Origin: Thermoproteota archaeon
Lineage (GTDB): Archaea > Asgardarchaeota > Jordiarchaeia > Jordiarchaeales > Freyrarchaeaceae
Length of the DNA stretch: 64,000 nucleotides
Reading direction: 5' to 3'
Assembly (NCBI GenBank): GCA_029258835.1
Contig: JAPDJY010000006.1
Coordinates: 1-64,000, forward strand
The translations under genes were made by a program, and so were the position numbers. This document shows, in pieces, positions 40,304 through 51,185 of the stretch. The stretch's first letter is position 1, and each line of letters begins with the position of its first letter. The notes beneath the pieces were generated by a model that saw only the letters and a program-made list of their open reading frames with translations, made no database searches and was not told where the DNA came from.

Positions 40304-43300
40304 TTAGCATGATATGGAATGCTTCTCGACATTCCTTAAGGCTTCAAGGTGCTCGTTTAACGACTTTACCGAAAGCTTCTTCCCGCTCTTCCTTATACGC
40401 TCCAATGCGTCAACAATCGCCTTAGCCATCTTCAGGTTTGTTACGACCGGTATGTTGTACTCTATGGCTTTCCTCCTTATCATGTACTCATCTTTCAGCA
40501 TTTCAGCATATTTCTCCAGCGTCCCTGTCCGGGGAATGTTGATAACCAAGTCCACCTGCCTGTTTAAAAGGAGATCTCTTATGTTGGGTTTCCTTTGAGG
40601 TTCACTTATCTTATAGACGACATTCACGTTCTTTATTCCCGCTTTAACTAGAGCCTCCGCAGTGTGTTCAGTAGCGTAGATGGAGTAGCCCATGTCTGAA
40701 AGCTTCTTAACGATTGGTGTTATCTCCCGCTTAAGCCGCCGTCCTCCAACGGTGACAAGTATGTTGCCTCCTCCCAATGGAACGTTAAACTCGGCTGCCA
40801 GCAACGCCTTTATGAACGCCTCCTCTAAGCTGTCCCCCAAGCACGCCACCTCTCCCGTTGAAACCATTTCAACACCCAAAACCGGATCGGCCCCATCAAG
40901 CCTCATAAACGAAAACTGGGGAACCTTAACTCCTACGTGAGGCAGGTAAGCTGGCTTCTTAACGTTCAGCTCTTTAAGCTTCCGCCCTAGCATCACCTGG
41001 GCTGCAACCTCCATCAAGTTTACACCAGTCGTCTTGCTGACGTAGGGCATGGAGCGGGAAGCTCTGAGGTTACACTCTATAACGTAAACCATTCCGTCCT
41101 TGACCAAGTACTGAATGTTAAATGGCCCCTTTATCCTTAGGGCTAAGGCTATCTTACACGTGTAATCTTCAATGGTTTTAACCACGTCTTCGGGAAGGCT
41201 GAAGGGTGGTATGCTCATCGTTGCATCGCCGGAGTGTACTCCTGCATCCTCCACGTGCTCTATTACAGCCCCAATCAGCACGCTCTCCCCGTCGCTCACC
41301 CCATCAACCTCAACCTCCCTCGCCCCCTCTATGAACTTTGATATGACCACTGGGTGCTCCCTAGAGACGGAGGATGCCAAAACCAAGAAGTCTTCGAGTT
41401 GCTCCTCGGTATACGCAACCCTCATAGCGGCTCCAGACAGGACGTAGCTTGGACGTACGAGAACAGGATATCCAACCATCCTCGCAAACTCCTTGGCTTC
41501 CTCGAGGGACGTAAGCTTGCTCCATGGAGGTTGAGGTATCCCAAGCTCTTCTAGGAGGGAGCTGAACTTAGCTCTGTCCTCAGCCCTGTCAATGTCCTCC
41601 CCCGCCGTCCCTAGGATCTTGACTCCTGCCTTAGCAAGCTTGGGCGCTATGTTATTTGGTATCTGCCCTCCAACCGATACTATGACCCCTAAGGGCTTCT
41701 CCTTCTCATAAATGTCTAAAACCCTTTCAAAGGACAATTCCTCGAAGTAAAGCTTGTCGCTTATGTCATAGTCCGTTGAAACAGTTTCCGGATTATAGTT
41801 TATGATTATGGCCTCGTCGACGCCGTTGTCTTTGAGGGCGAAAACCGTGTTGACGCAGCACCAGTCAAATTCCACAGAGCTCCCTATTCTGTACGTCCCC
41901 GCGCCTAGAACAATAACCTTACTGTTTCCTTCAAAAGTTATATCGTCCACCTCGCCCCCATACGTCAAGTACAAGTAGTTTGTTTTCGCGGGCCACTCTG
42001 CTGCAAGCGTGTCGATCTGCTTAACGACGGGAACTATCCCCAACCTTTTCCTGATCCTTCTGACTTCCAGCTCGTCTATCCCAAGGTACATGGATATTTG
42101 CTGGTCGGAGAATCCTGCCCTCTTCGCCCTGAACAGCAGGTCCTTAAGCTCCTCTTCTTCAAGGCTGTCAACCCCTCTCCTCCCGGCCTCTTTAAGCTCA
42201 TCCTCCAAGTCCACTATGTTCTTTATCTTCTGTATAAACCACCTGTCAACGCCGCTTAACTCGTGGATCCTATCAACACTCAGCCCGTACTTTAAGGCTT
42301 TAACGATCTTGAAGCATCTCTCATCGGTTGGGTGTGCTAGGACGTATTCGATGTGCTCGAGCGGCTCAGGTTTCTCCTCGTCAACGTTCCCTACAAGCCC
42401 AATCTTCCCTATATCCAGCATCCTCACCGCTTTCTGTATAGCCTCCTCAAAGCATCGACCTATAGCCATCACTTCACCGACGCTCTTCATCTGAGGCCCT
42501 ACCTCACGGCTGACGTTAGAGAACTTCTGCAGGTCCCAGCGGGGAAACTTGACTACGATGTAGTCTAGGGCTGGCTCAAAGCACGCCGTAGTAACCATAG
42601 TCACCTTATTCATAAGTTCTGGAAGGGTGTATCCTACAGCCAGCTTAGCTGCAATGTACGCTAATGGGTAACCTGTAGCCTTCGACGCTAAAGCGGAGGA
42701 ACGGGAAAGACGCGCATTAACCTCTATAACCCTAAACTCCTCACTTTCAGGATGCAATGCATACTGTATGTTGCACTCCCCAACTATCCCCAGAGACCTT
42801 ATCACCCTTATTGACGCATCCCTAAGAAGGTGGTACTCCCTGTTGGTGAGCGTCTGACTAGGCGCTATAACTATCGAGTCACCCGTGTGAACCCCCATAG
42901 GGTCAAAGTTCTCCATGTTGCAAACCGTTATGCAGTTATCCTGGTAGTCCCTCACCACCTCATACTCGATCTCCTTCCACTTCCCAACATACTCCTCCAC
43001 TAAAACTTGACTGATCCTGCTCTGAGCAAGCCCCCTCCTGCTAATCTCAACTAGTTCCTCCCTGTTCCTAGCCACCCCTGACCCCCGTCCCCCAAGGGTA
43101 TAAGCCACCCTAACTATAACGGGGTACCCTATCTCCTCCGCAACCTCCAAGGCCTCATCAACCGAGGATGCTGGACTGCTTTTAAGGACGGGGACGCCGG
43201 CTTCGATCATGGCTTGCCTGAAAAGCTCCCTATCCTCCGTTACCTCTATCGCCCTTATGGGCGTTCCTAAAACCTCCACTCCATACCTGTCAAAGACTCC

Positions 43301-43621
43301 TCTCTTGGCGAGTTCCACCCCGCAGTTAAGAGCGGTCTGCCCTCCGAACCCCAAAAGAACACCGTCAGGTCTTTCTTTCTCGATGACTCTCTCAACAAAC
43401 TCGGGGGTTACGGGGAGTAGGTAAACCCTGTCAGCCATCCGAAGATCCGTCTGAATAGTTGCGATGTTAGGGTTAACGAGAACGGTTTCTATCCCCTCCT
43501 CCTTCAACGCTTTCAACGCTTGGCTCCCCGAGTAGTCAAACTCGCCAGCCTGCCCTATCCTTATGGCTCCACTACCCAGAATTAACACCTTATTTACCCA
43601 TTCAAACCGAGCCACTTTCAC
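40304..43621 (-). CDS. carB: Carbamoyl-phosphate synthase large subunit
   Basis: GQAGEFDYSG, two ATP-grasp domains, MGS domain. Confidence 0.98.
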   Translation of the reverse strand: MKVARFEWVNKVLILGSGAIRIGQAGEFDYSGSQALKALKEEGIETVLVNPNIATIQTDLRMADRVYLLPVTPEFVERVIEKERPDGVLLGFGGQTALNCGVELAKRGVFDRYGVEVLGTPIRAIEVTEDRELFRQAMIEAGVPVLKSSPASSVDEALEVAEEIGYPVIVRVAYTLGGRGSGVARNREELVEISRRGLAQSRISQVLVEEYVGKWKEIEYEVVRDYQDNCITVCNMENFDPMGVHTGDSIVIAPSQTLTNREYHLLRDASIRVIRSLGIVGECNIQYALHPESEEFRVIEVNARLSRSSALASKATGYPLAYIAAKLAVGYTLPELMNKVTMVTTACFEPALDYIVVKFPRWDLQKFSNVSREVGPQMKSVGEVMAIGRCFEEAIQKAVRMLDIGKIGLVGNVDEEKPEPLEHIEYVLAHPTDERCFKIVKALKYGLSVDRIHELSGVDRWFIQKIKNIVDLEDELKEAGRRGVDSLEEEELKDLLFRAKRAGFSDQQISMYLGIDELEVRRIRKRLGIVPVVKQIDTLAAEWPAKTNYLYLTYGGEVDDITFEGNSKVIVLGAGTYRIGSSVEFDWCCVNTVFALKDNGVDEAIIINYNPETVSTDYDISDKLYFEELSFERVLDIYEKEKPLGVIVSVGGQIPNNIAPKLAKAGVKILGTAGEDIDRAEDRAKFSSLLEELGIPQPPWSKLTSLEEAKEFARMVGYPVLVRPSYVLSGAAMRVAYTEEQLEDFLVLASSVSREHPVVISKFIEGAREVEVDGVSDGESVLIGAVIEHVEDAGVHSGDATMSIPPFSLPEDVVKTIEDYTCKIALALRIKGPFNIQYLVKDGMVYVIECNLRASRSMPYVSKTTGVNLMEVAAQVMLGRKLKELNVKKPAYLPHVGVKVPQFSFMRLDGADPVLGVEMVSTGEVACLGDSLEEAFIKALLAAEFNVPLGGGNILVTVGGRRLKREITPIVKKLSDMGYSIYATEHTAEALVKAGIKNVNVVYKISEPQRKPNIRDLLLNRQVDLVINIPRTGTLEKYAEMLKDEYMIRRKAIEYNIPVVTNLKMAKAIVDALERIRKSGKKLSVKSLNEHLEALRNVEKHSISC

Positions 43622-44784
43622 CGCTCCTCCACGTATTTTATGAACAGGTCGAAGAGGAACTCTGTGTCAAAGGGCCCGGGACTGTGCTCCGGGTGAAACT
43701 GGACAGAGAAAGCCTGCCACCTCCTATGCCTAACACCCTCGACCGTTCCATCATTAGCGTTAACAAAGGAAACGGTTAATCCAGTTTCCGCTAGGGACTC
43801 TTCACTAACAGCATATCCATGGTTCTGCGTCGTAACATAGCACCTCCTAGTTTCAACGTCCATGCACGGTTGATTCTGAGACCTATGCCCATACTTCAAC
43901 TTGTAAGTGTCTCCTCCACACGCAAGAGAAAGGATCTGATTGCCAAAGCATATCCCGAAGATGGGAACTTCTCCTAAGAGTCCTCTAACCGTTTCCACTG
44001 TTTCACGTGCACGCTTAGGGTCTCCAGGACCATTACTTATAACAACACCAGAAGGCCTACACTCCAAAACTTCATCCGCACTCGTATCATATGGTACACG
44101 GATAACCCTTACACCCCTCCTCAAAAGCTGACGCAGGATGTTAAACTTGACCCCGCAATCCAGCAAGACAACGGTTCTCCCTCTATCACCGTAAACCACC
44201 GGCTCATCGCAGGAGACCTCGGATACAAGATTCCTCTCGTTCGGGTCATGAACATGCCGCACCTCCCTTAAAAGCCTATCAACGTCAGGCTCCACGCCTT
44301 CATCGCAAACCTCTAAAACACCAAGCATAACCCCCTTAACCCTAAGCTTCTTAGTCAACTCCCTCGTGTCAACCCCCTCAATCCCCGGAACCCCCTCCTC
44401 TTCCAGCCACCCACTAAGACTCTTAACAGAACTCCAATGGCTGGGGGTCTTACAACACTCGTGGACGACGAACCCCTGAACCTTGATCCCATCAGACTCG
44501 AAGTAGGCAGGCAACCCCCAACTATCAACAACGCTCCACGAAGGAACGCCATAATTCCCCACAAGCGGATACGTTAAAACAAGAATTTGCCCGTGATACG
44601 ACGGGTCAGTTAAACTCTCAACATAACCAACCATACCCGTGTTAAAAACAACCTCACCGGAGACGCGGCCCACAGCGCCAAATCCGTACCCGAGAAAAAC
44701 GCTTCCATCCTCTAACACTAAGGCTGCATTCCTAACCTTCCAACCCGTCGAGGCCAACGCTCCAAAACCCTCAGCAAGTTTCAC
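43618..44784 (-). CDS. carA: Carbamoyl-phosphate synthase small subunit
   Basis: GEVVFNTGMVGY, SNGPGDP, GICFG, QFHPE. Confidence 0.98.
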   Translation of the reverse strand: MKLAEGFGALASTGWKVRNAALVLEDGSVFLGYGFGAVGRVSGEVVFNTGMVGYVESLTDPSYHGQILVLTYPLVGNYGVPSWSVVDSWGLPAYFESDGIKVQGFVVHECCKTPSHWSSVKSLSGWLEEEGVPGIEGVDTRELTKKLRVKGVMLGVLEVCDEGVEPDVDRLLREVRHVHDPNERNLVSEVSCDEPVVYGDRGRTVVLLDCGVKFNILRQLLRRGVRVIRVPYDTSADEVLECRPSGVVISNGPGDPKRARETVETVRGLLGEVPIFGICFGNQILSLACGGDTYKLKYGHRSQNQPCMDVETRRCYVTTQNHGYAVSEESLAETGLTVSFVNANDGTVEGVRHRRWQAFSVQFHPEHSPGPFDTEFLFDLFIKYVEER

Positions 44785-44922
44785 AACAAAATTATTTAAA
44801 ACTTACGATACTCCCAGAACACATCCGCACAATAACGTTGAAAAATCGGTATGGAACCAGTACGGGGAAAGCAGGGAACAGCAATCCTCTCTTCATTAAA
44901 AAATGATAAGAGAGGAGACATT

Positions 44923-46023
44923 TTATTCCTCTTCTTTCACAAATTTTTCCTTTAACTTCTCCAGAACTTGCGGCAACGTCGTGTACTCCATTTCATCGGG
45001 GCCAAGCCTGTGGAACATGAAGGGGCCATGTCTCCTCATATAGTCGGCTATCTGGTTGGCTATTCTTCTCGCCTCGTCGAAGGCTGGGTCGTCGAACAGG
45101 TCTGCTGGGCCTATTAACCGCCCGTCTGAGACCTGGAAGCCTAATGCTATGATCCGTGGTGGCCCGTCAAAGCGTGTACACTTCGCATCCTTCTGCGACA
45201 CAGGCATCAGCGGGCCCACATGCGAGCCACGCATCCACCCGGCCACCAAGTGTGGGAATGCGAAGGGCTCTAAGACTTCTCCTAGAGCTGGTAGCCCATG
45301 TTGGGCTCGTACGACTGCACATGGGTCGTCTTTCCCCACGTATCTTCCTGCGATTAGTGAAAGCCTTGTTATCGATATCGAGGCTGCGGGAGTTCCGTCC
45401 TTCTTGTACACTTTGCGGATTACGTATCGTCCAGGTGTTCCTATTATAGCGAGTAGGTCGTAAAGGTCTTCAGGGCAGGACAGTTTTACGTGTTGATGTT
45501 CTATAACGTCGTAGATCTCGAAGACGAATCCGTCGTGCATGGATGGGTCTATTATTAATCCTGCAGTGTTAAATGGATCTGCGAAGATCTTATAGAGTGG
45601 GAGGTTGAACGCTCCTGGCTCCGTTTTGTCAGCCATGAAGCATACTATCGGGTCCGACCTTCTCTCCTCGAACTCTAGTTCTGCTACTCCTGGCCCCATT
45701 CCTCTCACGTTTCCCGAAAAGGTGTCCTTGAGCAGGTCTTGTCCCGCGGCGTAGAGTTTTAGTTCTCGTGATACTTCGGCTGCCTTTTGGAGCGTGTCCC
45801 ATGCAAGCTTGTGGACTTCGGGGTTTGCTTCCCCCTTTCTGTGGCTCATTATGAGCTCTAGGTCGTCTCCGCAGTTGGTTACGTAGTAGTCTATGATCAC
45901 TCCCTCATCTGCCCCTTTCTGGAGGCTTTCCTTTGCTACCTCTATACATTCGTCATATACTATGTGGTGTCCTGCGAGGGATCCTATATCTGCTTTTATA
46001 ATCGATACGGTTACTTTAGGCAT
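44923..46023 (-). CDS. fbp: Fructose-1,6-bisphosphate aldolase/phosphatase
   Basis: KADIGS..GH, GDD, LYAAGQDLL, DKTEPG, YVGKDDP, WMRGSH, EYTT; start MPKV. Confidence 0.97.
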   Translation of the reverse strand: MPKVTVSIIKADIGSLAGHHIVYDECIEVAKESLQKGADEGVIIDYYVTNCGDDLELIMSHRKGEANPEVHKLAWDTLQKAAEVSRELKLYAAGQDLLKDTFSGNVRGMGPGVAELEFEERRSDPIVCFMADKTEPGAFNLPLYKIFADPFNTAGLIIDPSMHDGFVFEIYDVIEHQHVKLSCPEDLYDLLAIIGTPGRYVIRKVYKKDGTPAASISITRLSLIAGRYVGKDDPCAVVRAQHGLPALGEVLEPFAFPHLVAGWMRGSHVGPLMPVSQKDAKCTRFDGPPRIIALGFQVSDGRLIGPADLFDDPAFDEARRIANQIADYMRRHGPFMFHRLGPDEMEYTTLPQVLEKLKEKFVKEEE

Positions 46024-46242
46024 GTTCTCCCTCTCCTTAAGGGGGCTATACGCCTCCCTCATAACAAGGTTATTTTGCATGCCTTATGTTTTTTGTTATC
46101 GCTCCCCGCCGCAACCGCCTCCGCCCCTCGTAAGAGGCTTCGCCCTCAAAGCCGATTATTACGTGTCCTTGCTTGTCTTCGAAGCTTGTTGCTGCGGAAA
46201 CTTTATATTTCAATTCTTTTTTCTGAGGGGTGTGGTCTGGGG

Positions 46243-47070
46243 GTGATCTTGGTGGACGGGGCTGGCCTTGGTTTCGCTTTGGCCTTCAGCATACTTTACC
46301 CTCTATGTGTGTGTGTTCTGCTTTGGAGGTGGCGGTTTGGCTGGGAACCTCTTAAGCCTCTTGCAGTCGCTTTCATTGTCGGATTAGTGATGTTTTATGT
46401 TGCCTACCTGCGCAAAGTTTATGCTTTATTCTTGTCTGGTGTTGGGCTCTACGCGGTCGACCTTGTAGCCACCGGCTTCGTGGAGGAGGCCGCTAAGCTT
46501 CTGGTGCTCTTCATTCCAGTGGTTAAACGGAGGGTAAGCGTGGAAACGGGGCTTTTCTACGGTATGGTGGCTGGCTTGGGTTTCGGTGCAGGTGAAGCCT
46601 TAATAGTATTAGCCGACGCCTCCCTCGCAGTCCCCGTCTTGGTTAACATCTGGCTCCTCCTTTACTGGTTGGAGGTGAGCGGTGCTCTGGTAAGCCTCCC
46701 GGAGCTCATCTGGCTCATCGATTTCACCCTCCTCTACTTAGCCTTCAATTTAGCCTTGTCTCTTTCTGTTCCATCCGTCTTCGGAGTGTCTCTTTTAGGG
46801 GTTTACGAGCGTTCCATAGTTGTCCTCTTGCATGGTGCTCTCACGGGCATTGTTGGGTGGGGTGTAGCTAGGAATGCTACCGTTAAGTTCTACCTTCTCG
46901 CAGTCGGCTTGCACATACTCGTCGACTTCTTCGCCGTCCTTTACATGCTAGGCCTGGCCAACGTGACCGTGGTGGAAGTGATCTTGACCGCCATCACGGT
47001 TCCCCTTTTCCTGTACCTTCTATGGAAATCTACTCCCACCCAAGGCGATGCACTTACTCCATTGGCATAG
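46243..47070 (+). CDS. PrsW-family intramembrane protease
   Basis: VEEAAK, GLGFGAGE, LHG, LHILVD, multiple TM helices. Confidence 0.8.
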   Translation: MILVDGAGLGFALAFSILYPLCVCVLLWRWRFGWEPLKPLAVAFIVGLVMFYVAYLRKVYALFLSGVGLYAVDLVATGFVEEAAKLLVLFIPVVKRRVSVETGLFYGMVAGLGFGAGEALIVLADASLAVPVLVNIWLLLYWLEVSGALVSLPELIWLIDFTLLYLAFNLALSLSVPSVFGVSLLGVYERSIVVLLHGALTGIVGWGVARNATVKFYLLAVGLHILVDFFAVLYMLGLANVTVVEVILTAITVPLFLYLLWKSTPTQGDALTPLA

Positions 47071-47211
47071 GCTCAGCATGCCCCCACTCTCTCCCACTCT
47101 TACCTACCTTTAACGTTCCCCTTGCATGCTTCCCCCCAGCAGGGATCTTCTACGCTTGTTTTTTCCATAGGTTTATATTTTGGTGATCTTTCTGTTTTGA
47201 ATGTGGTCGTA

Positions 47212-49038
47212 ATGGAGCAGGAGGCTTTTTTTGAGGAAGCCTTCTTTACTGGAAGGAACATTGGCCGGGCTGTCCAATGGTGTAAGGATAGGGAAGGTAA
47301 TGTTATTGAGGTGAGAGTTCAGGGTGTTTGGCGAGAGAGCGGAGAGCACTTTAGAGGGAAAGGAAGGCTTTTAGAAGCTTATTCCGGCTTCCTTAGTAGT
47401 TATATTGCCGTGTTGTTGGAGTCGGGTAAGCGAGGAGGGGACTGGGTAAGGAAAGGCTCCGTGGTAACCGTCGGTGGGCCTAGGTCTAAGTGCGACGTTC
47501 AAGCGTTAAATCTTGTTTTTAGAAATTACCTCAAGAGAGATACTTCGCAGATGGAGTTTTTTGATGCCAACCACTTCGCTTCGGCTTTGAGGTGGCTTCG
47601 AAGAAATATTCTCCTCAGACGTGTTGTTGGCAAGGTCGAGGGGGTCTGGTCTCGGAGCGGGGCTAATTTCATGGGCGAAGGCGAAGTAATCGCCGTGGAA
47701 GGAGGGGTTAGAGGGTTCTTCGTGCTAGAATTAAAGCGTGGAAGAGTAGGCGGGGAGGAGCTGGAGGAAGGCTCACTAGTGTCCATCGGCTCCAACCCCC
47801 TTGTAATCAATCACTTAGCATCCTTCCTAAAGGGCTCGGCATCCTCCTTGAATCTCGTCCTGAAGAGGGGGGCTGAGGCTCTCCGCTTCATTGCGTTGAA
47901 AACCGGTGGAAGCAGCATATTGAAAAGTAGAGGTGCCACTATTCTTCGAAGCAGCGTAACGAAGCTTTCAAACTACCTCTCCTCCCTCAGAGGAAGCTTT
48001 CCGATTGCCCGTTCAGTTGGAAGGCCAGATGTTGTTGTTAGCAAGATGCTTTTTAAGCCCAAGCAAGCTAGGGCAGAGCTTGTGGACGGATACGTGCTGA
48101 AGGTTCGAGGGTTAACGGTTTCCTATGGTAAGAACGTTGTTTTGAGGAACGTCACCTTCTCCCTGAGGGAGGGGGAGATCCTAGGTATAGTGGGCGAGTC
48201 TGGCAGCGGGAAGACCACTTGTATGAAGGCCCTGATAGGTGAGCTAACACCTGACGCAGGTGAGGTCACCATCTGCGGCTTTCCCCCGTCTGACAAGGAC
48301 TCTGTGGCCCCGCTAATAGGGTACGTGCCTCAAGATCTAAGCAGAATGTACGACAACTTTACCCCTATGGAGAACATAGTGTACTTCGGGAGGCAGTATG
48401 GTATTCCAGAGGATGAGCTCATAAAAAGAGGGAAAAGAATCCTTAAAGATCTAGAAATATTCACTAAGGGAAACGAGAAAGTTGGCAGTTTGAGCGGCGG
48501 TGAAAAGCGCCGTGTCAGCATTGCGATAGCCCTCGTCCATTATCCTAGGATCCTCTTTCTAGACGAGCCAACAAGCGGCTTAGACCTTGTAAGGCGCCAC
48601 GAGCTTTGGAGCTACCTCGAGAAAATAAACAGAACATATGGTACCACGCTCGTCGTGATAACCCATTACCCCTCAGAAGCCGACTACTGCGACAAAGTAG
48701 CGGTCTTCATGAAGAATAAAGGGTTCATCGACTTTGGAACTCCAAAGGAGCTCGTAGCCAAGCTTCCGGGAAGCGGCTACGCCATAGGCCTCGTCCTCGA
48801 AGAGGACGAGCCAGAAGCTGAAGAACTAATAAAGAGCACCGAGGGTGTAAGCTACGTTTTCAGAATAGGGCCATACTATAAGGTGCTTGTTGGAGTCGAA
48901 GACGGTGGCGCTGTTCTAAGAAAGATCCTAAGCCGCCTCTCATCGAGGGGGATCAAAGTCTACAAGGTTGAGCCTAGAGTCGAGGTCAATTTTGAAGACT
49001 ACTTCAGGTATCTGACTGGTACAGGAAAGGAGACGTGA
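47212..49038 (+). CDS. ABC-2-type ATPase with an N-terminal extension of about 290 aa containing a duplicated domain
   Basis: GESGSGKT, LSGGE, LDEPT, THY; N-terminal repeats V.GVW..SG..F.G.G...V.(V/I)G. Confidence 0.88.
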   Translation: MEQEAFFEEAFFTGRNIGRAVQWCKDREGNVIEVRVQGVWRESGEHFRGKGRLLEAYSGFLSSYIAVLLESGKRGGDWVRKGSVVTVGGPRSKCDVQALNLVFRNYLKRDTSQMEFFDANHFASALRWLRRNILLRRVVGKVEGVWSRSGANFMGEGEVIAVEGGVRGFFVLELKRGRVGGEELEEGSLVSIGSNPLVINHLASFLKGSASSLNLVLKRGAEALRFIALKTGGSSILKSRGATILRSSVTKLSNYLSSLRGSFPIARSVGRPDVVVSKMLFKPKQARAELVDGYVLKVRGLTVSYGKNVVLRNVTFSLREGEILGIVGESGSGKTTCMKALIGELTPDAGEVTICGFPPSDKDSVAPLIGYVPQDLSRMYDNFTPMENIVYFGRQYGIPEDELIKRGKRILKDLEIFTKGNEKVGSLSGGEKRRVSIAIALVHYPRILFLDEPTSGLDLVRRHELWSYLEKINRTYGTTLVVITHYPSEADYCDKVAVFMKNKGFIDFGTPKELVAKLPGSGYAIGLVLEEDEPEAEELIKSTEGVSYVFRIGPYYKVLVGVEDGGAVLRKILSRLSSRGIKVYKVEPRVEVNFEDYFRYLTGTGKET

Positions 49039-50204
49039 GGTGGAGCCACTTGGTTAGGGTTGCCGGAAGCTTCATGAGGATCATGTCGCTTGTCCGAAAA
49101 GAACTTGAGGTCATAGTTAAGGATCGCATGGCCCTCATCGTCTTAATCCTCCTTCCAACTCTGATCACGTTCAGCCTAGGTGCGACACAGTTCAGAGTGT
49201 TAACCCCTGCAGACTACGCCAAGGTGGCTGTTATAGATCATGACACGAGCGAGGGTGACCCTCACTACGACTTCTCCCAAGCTTTCTTCTGGGATATGGT
49301 TGCCAACGCTAATGATAGCACGTGCATAGTCTTCCCTCTTCCCAGCGAAGACTTAGCCTACTACCTGCTCTGGCAAGGAGACATAGACGCCATAGTAGTC
49401 ATACCATTTGGCTTCGAAAGCCACCTAGCAAGTAACAGAGATCCAAACGCCCCCGTCCCGGTGCCAGCGTATGTTAACGTAACCCTTGACGGTACAGACC
49501 TTGAAAGCCAGGGAAAAGTCATTGACTGCTTAACCAACGCAATAGCAGATTTTAAAGTAGAATTTAACTTCACAAGGGACGAAGTGCTTCCCGCGATGAC
49601 CGCCGTCATGGGGCCAACAAAGGAGCAAGGCTTTGACCTGAGAGTAACCGTCCCACTCATTATCCCCCTACTTCTCATAGGTGGAACAATGATCCTTACC
49701 AGCCAATGCATCGTAGGAGATGTACCGCTGAGAAGGCTCCTGCTCACCCCTGCAAGCAAATCTGAGGCGATAATAGCTAAAACAATTGCCTACCTTGTAA
49801 CCAGCCTGTTTCAAATACAATTAATAATGGGAATACTCATCCTTGTATATAATTACCAGCCTGCCGGACCGTACTTCCAGCTTGTTTTATGCCTTCTCAT
49901 TATAGCGTTCTTCGGCATCGTCCTCGGGATTTTCATATCCGTCGTTAGCAACTCGCGTCTTCAAGCAAACCAGTACTTTATCTTCGCCTTCCTCAGCCTA
50001 CTTGTGATAGAGTTGGCTGTACCGGTGGCGGACGTCAGGAATGCTAACCCGCTTCACATGGCTCGTGAAGCCATAGTTAACATCGCGTCACGAGGTCTCC
50101 CATTCTACGACGCCATGCCGCCGATTCTAGGAATACTCGCTGTTAGCCTAGCCTTTTTCGTGTCGGCTCTAGCCGTGTTCTCGGTCAAGAAGACTCTGGT
50201 TTAG
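49035..50204 (+). CDS. ABC-2 permease
   Basis: RKEL..IVKD, extracellular loop, LRRLLLTP.S, C-terminal TM bundle. Confidence 0.88.
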   Translation: MRWSHLVRVAGSFMRIMSLVRKELEVIVKDRMALIVLILLPTLITFSLGATQFRVLTPADYAKVAVIDHDTSEGDPHYDFSQAFFWDMVANANDSTCIVFPLPSEDLAYYLLWQGDIDAIVVIPFGFESHLASNRDPNAPVPVPAYVNVTLDGTDLESQGKVIDCLTNAIADFKVEFNFTRDEVLPAMTAVMGPTKEQGFDLRVTVPLIIPLLLIGGTMILTSQCIVGDVPLRRLLLTPASKSEAIIAKTIAYLVTSLFQIQLIMGILILVYNYQPAGPYFQLVLCLLIIAFFGIVLGIFISVVSNSRLQANQYFIFAFLSLLVIELAVPVADVRNANPLHMAREAIVNIASRGLPFYDAMPPILGILAVSLAFFVSALAVFSVKKTLV

Positions 50205-50216
50205 GAAGGAGGAGCC

Positions 50217-51185
50217 ATGGGAAAGGAGCGAGATATAGAGCTTGAAAGGGTCTACGTGAACATAGGAAAAAAGGTTATCCTTGAGGACGTGAGCTTCTAT
50301 GCTGAGAAAGGCGAGGTTTTAGCTATAATAGGAGGTAGTGGAGCTGGGAAGACGACGTGCTTAAGGGTGCTAACTGGGCAGATCCCTCCTTCGAAGGGCA
50401 AAGTGCAGGTTGCAGGGGTAGATGTGCTGAGAGATAGGGAATCTCTGAAGGATGTTTTAGGTTACGTTCCCCAGCTTGAAGAGGTTGGGTTATACTACGA
50501 GTTTTCAGCCATCAGGAACGCTGTTCTCTTCGGGAGAATGTACGGGATCCCTAAGAAGGATGCCGAGAGGAAGGCAAAGGAAATATTGACGATTTTAGGG
50601 TTTAAAAGCGAGGAGCTTATGAGGAAGCCTGTCGGCAAGCTTTCCGGCGGCGAGAGGAAGAGGGTCTCCATATGCGTCGGCTTAATTCATGAACCACGTG
50701 TCCTGCTCCTAGACGAACCTACAACAGGTCTCGACGCACACCTGAGGATAGACGTGCTAAATTACTTAAGGGACATTAACAAGAAATACAAGGTAACGAT
50801 CGGCATAGTGAGCCACGACCTGGAAACCGCAGAGTTCTGTGATAGAGTCGTCGTGCTGGATCGAGGGCGTGTGATGATTTTTGGAAATCCTAGGGAATTT
50901 GTTGAACGCGTCCCTGCAGGATACGCCTTCATCGTCTCGTTCGGAAAGCTTGGAGAAAGAGATCTTTCTAGGATTGAGAGGATAAGGTTCGTCACTAGAG
51001 TGTTGCAAGTAGGCAGAGGAACGGTCAAGGTGTTCGTTAAGAGAATCGAGGAACCCCTCAATCTCTTGGTCGAAGAGCTGGAAAGGATCGGATTGACGCC
51101 TTCCAGCATAGTCTCAAGCGACATAACATTCACGGATTATTTCCGGCTGAGTGCCTTAGAGAGGGAGGAAGAAACCTACTTTTGA
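50217..51185 (+). CDS. ABC-2-type ATPase
   Basis: GGSGAGKT, LSGGE, LDEPTTGLD, SHD. Confidence 0.92.
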   Translation: MGKERDIELERVYVNIGKKVILEDVSFYAEKGEVLAIIGGSGAGKTTCLRVLTGQIPPSKGKVQVAGVDVLRDRESLKDVLGYVPQLEEVGLYYEFSAIRNAVLFGRMYGIPKKDAERKAKEILTILGFKSEELMRKPVGKLSGGERKRVSICVGLIHEPRVLLLDEPTTGLDAHLRIDVLNYLRDINKKYKVTIGIVSHDLETAEFCDRVVVLDRGRVMIFGNPREFVERVPAGYAFIVSFGKLGERDLSRIERIRFVTRVLQVGRGTVKVFVKRIEEPLNLLVEELERIGLTPSSIVSSDITFTDYFRLSALEREEETYF

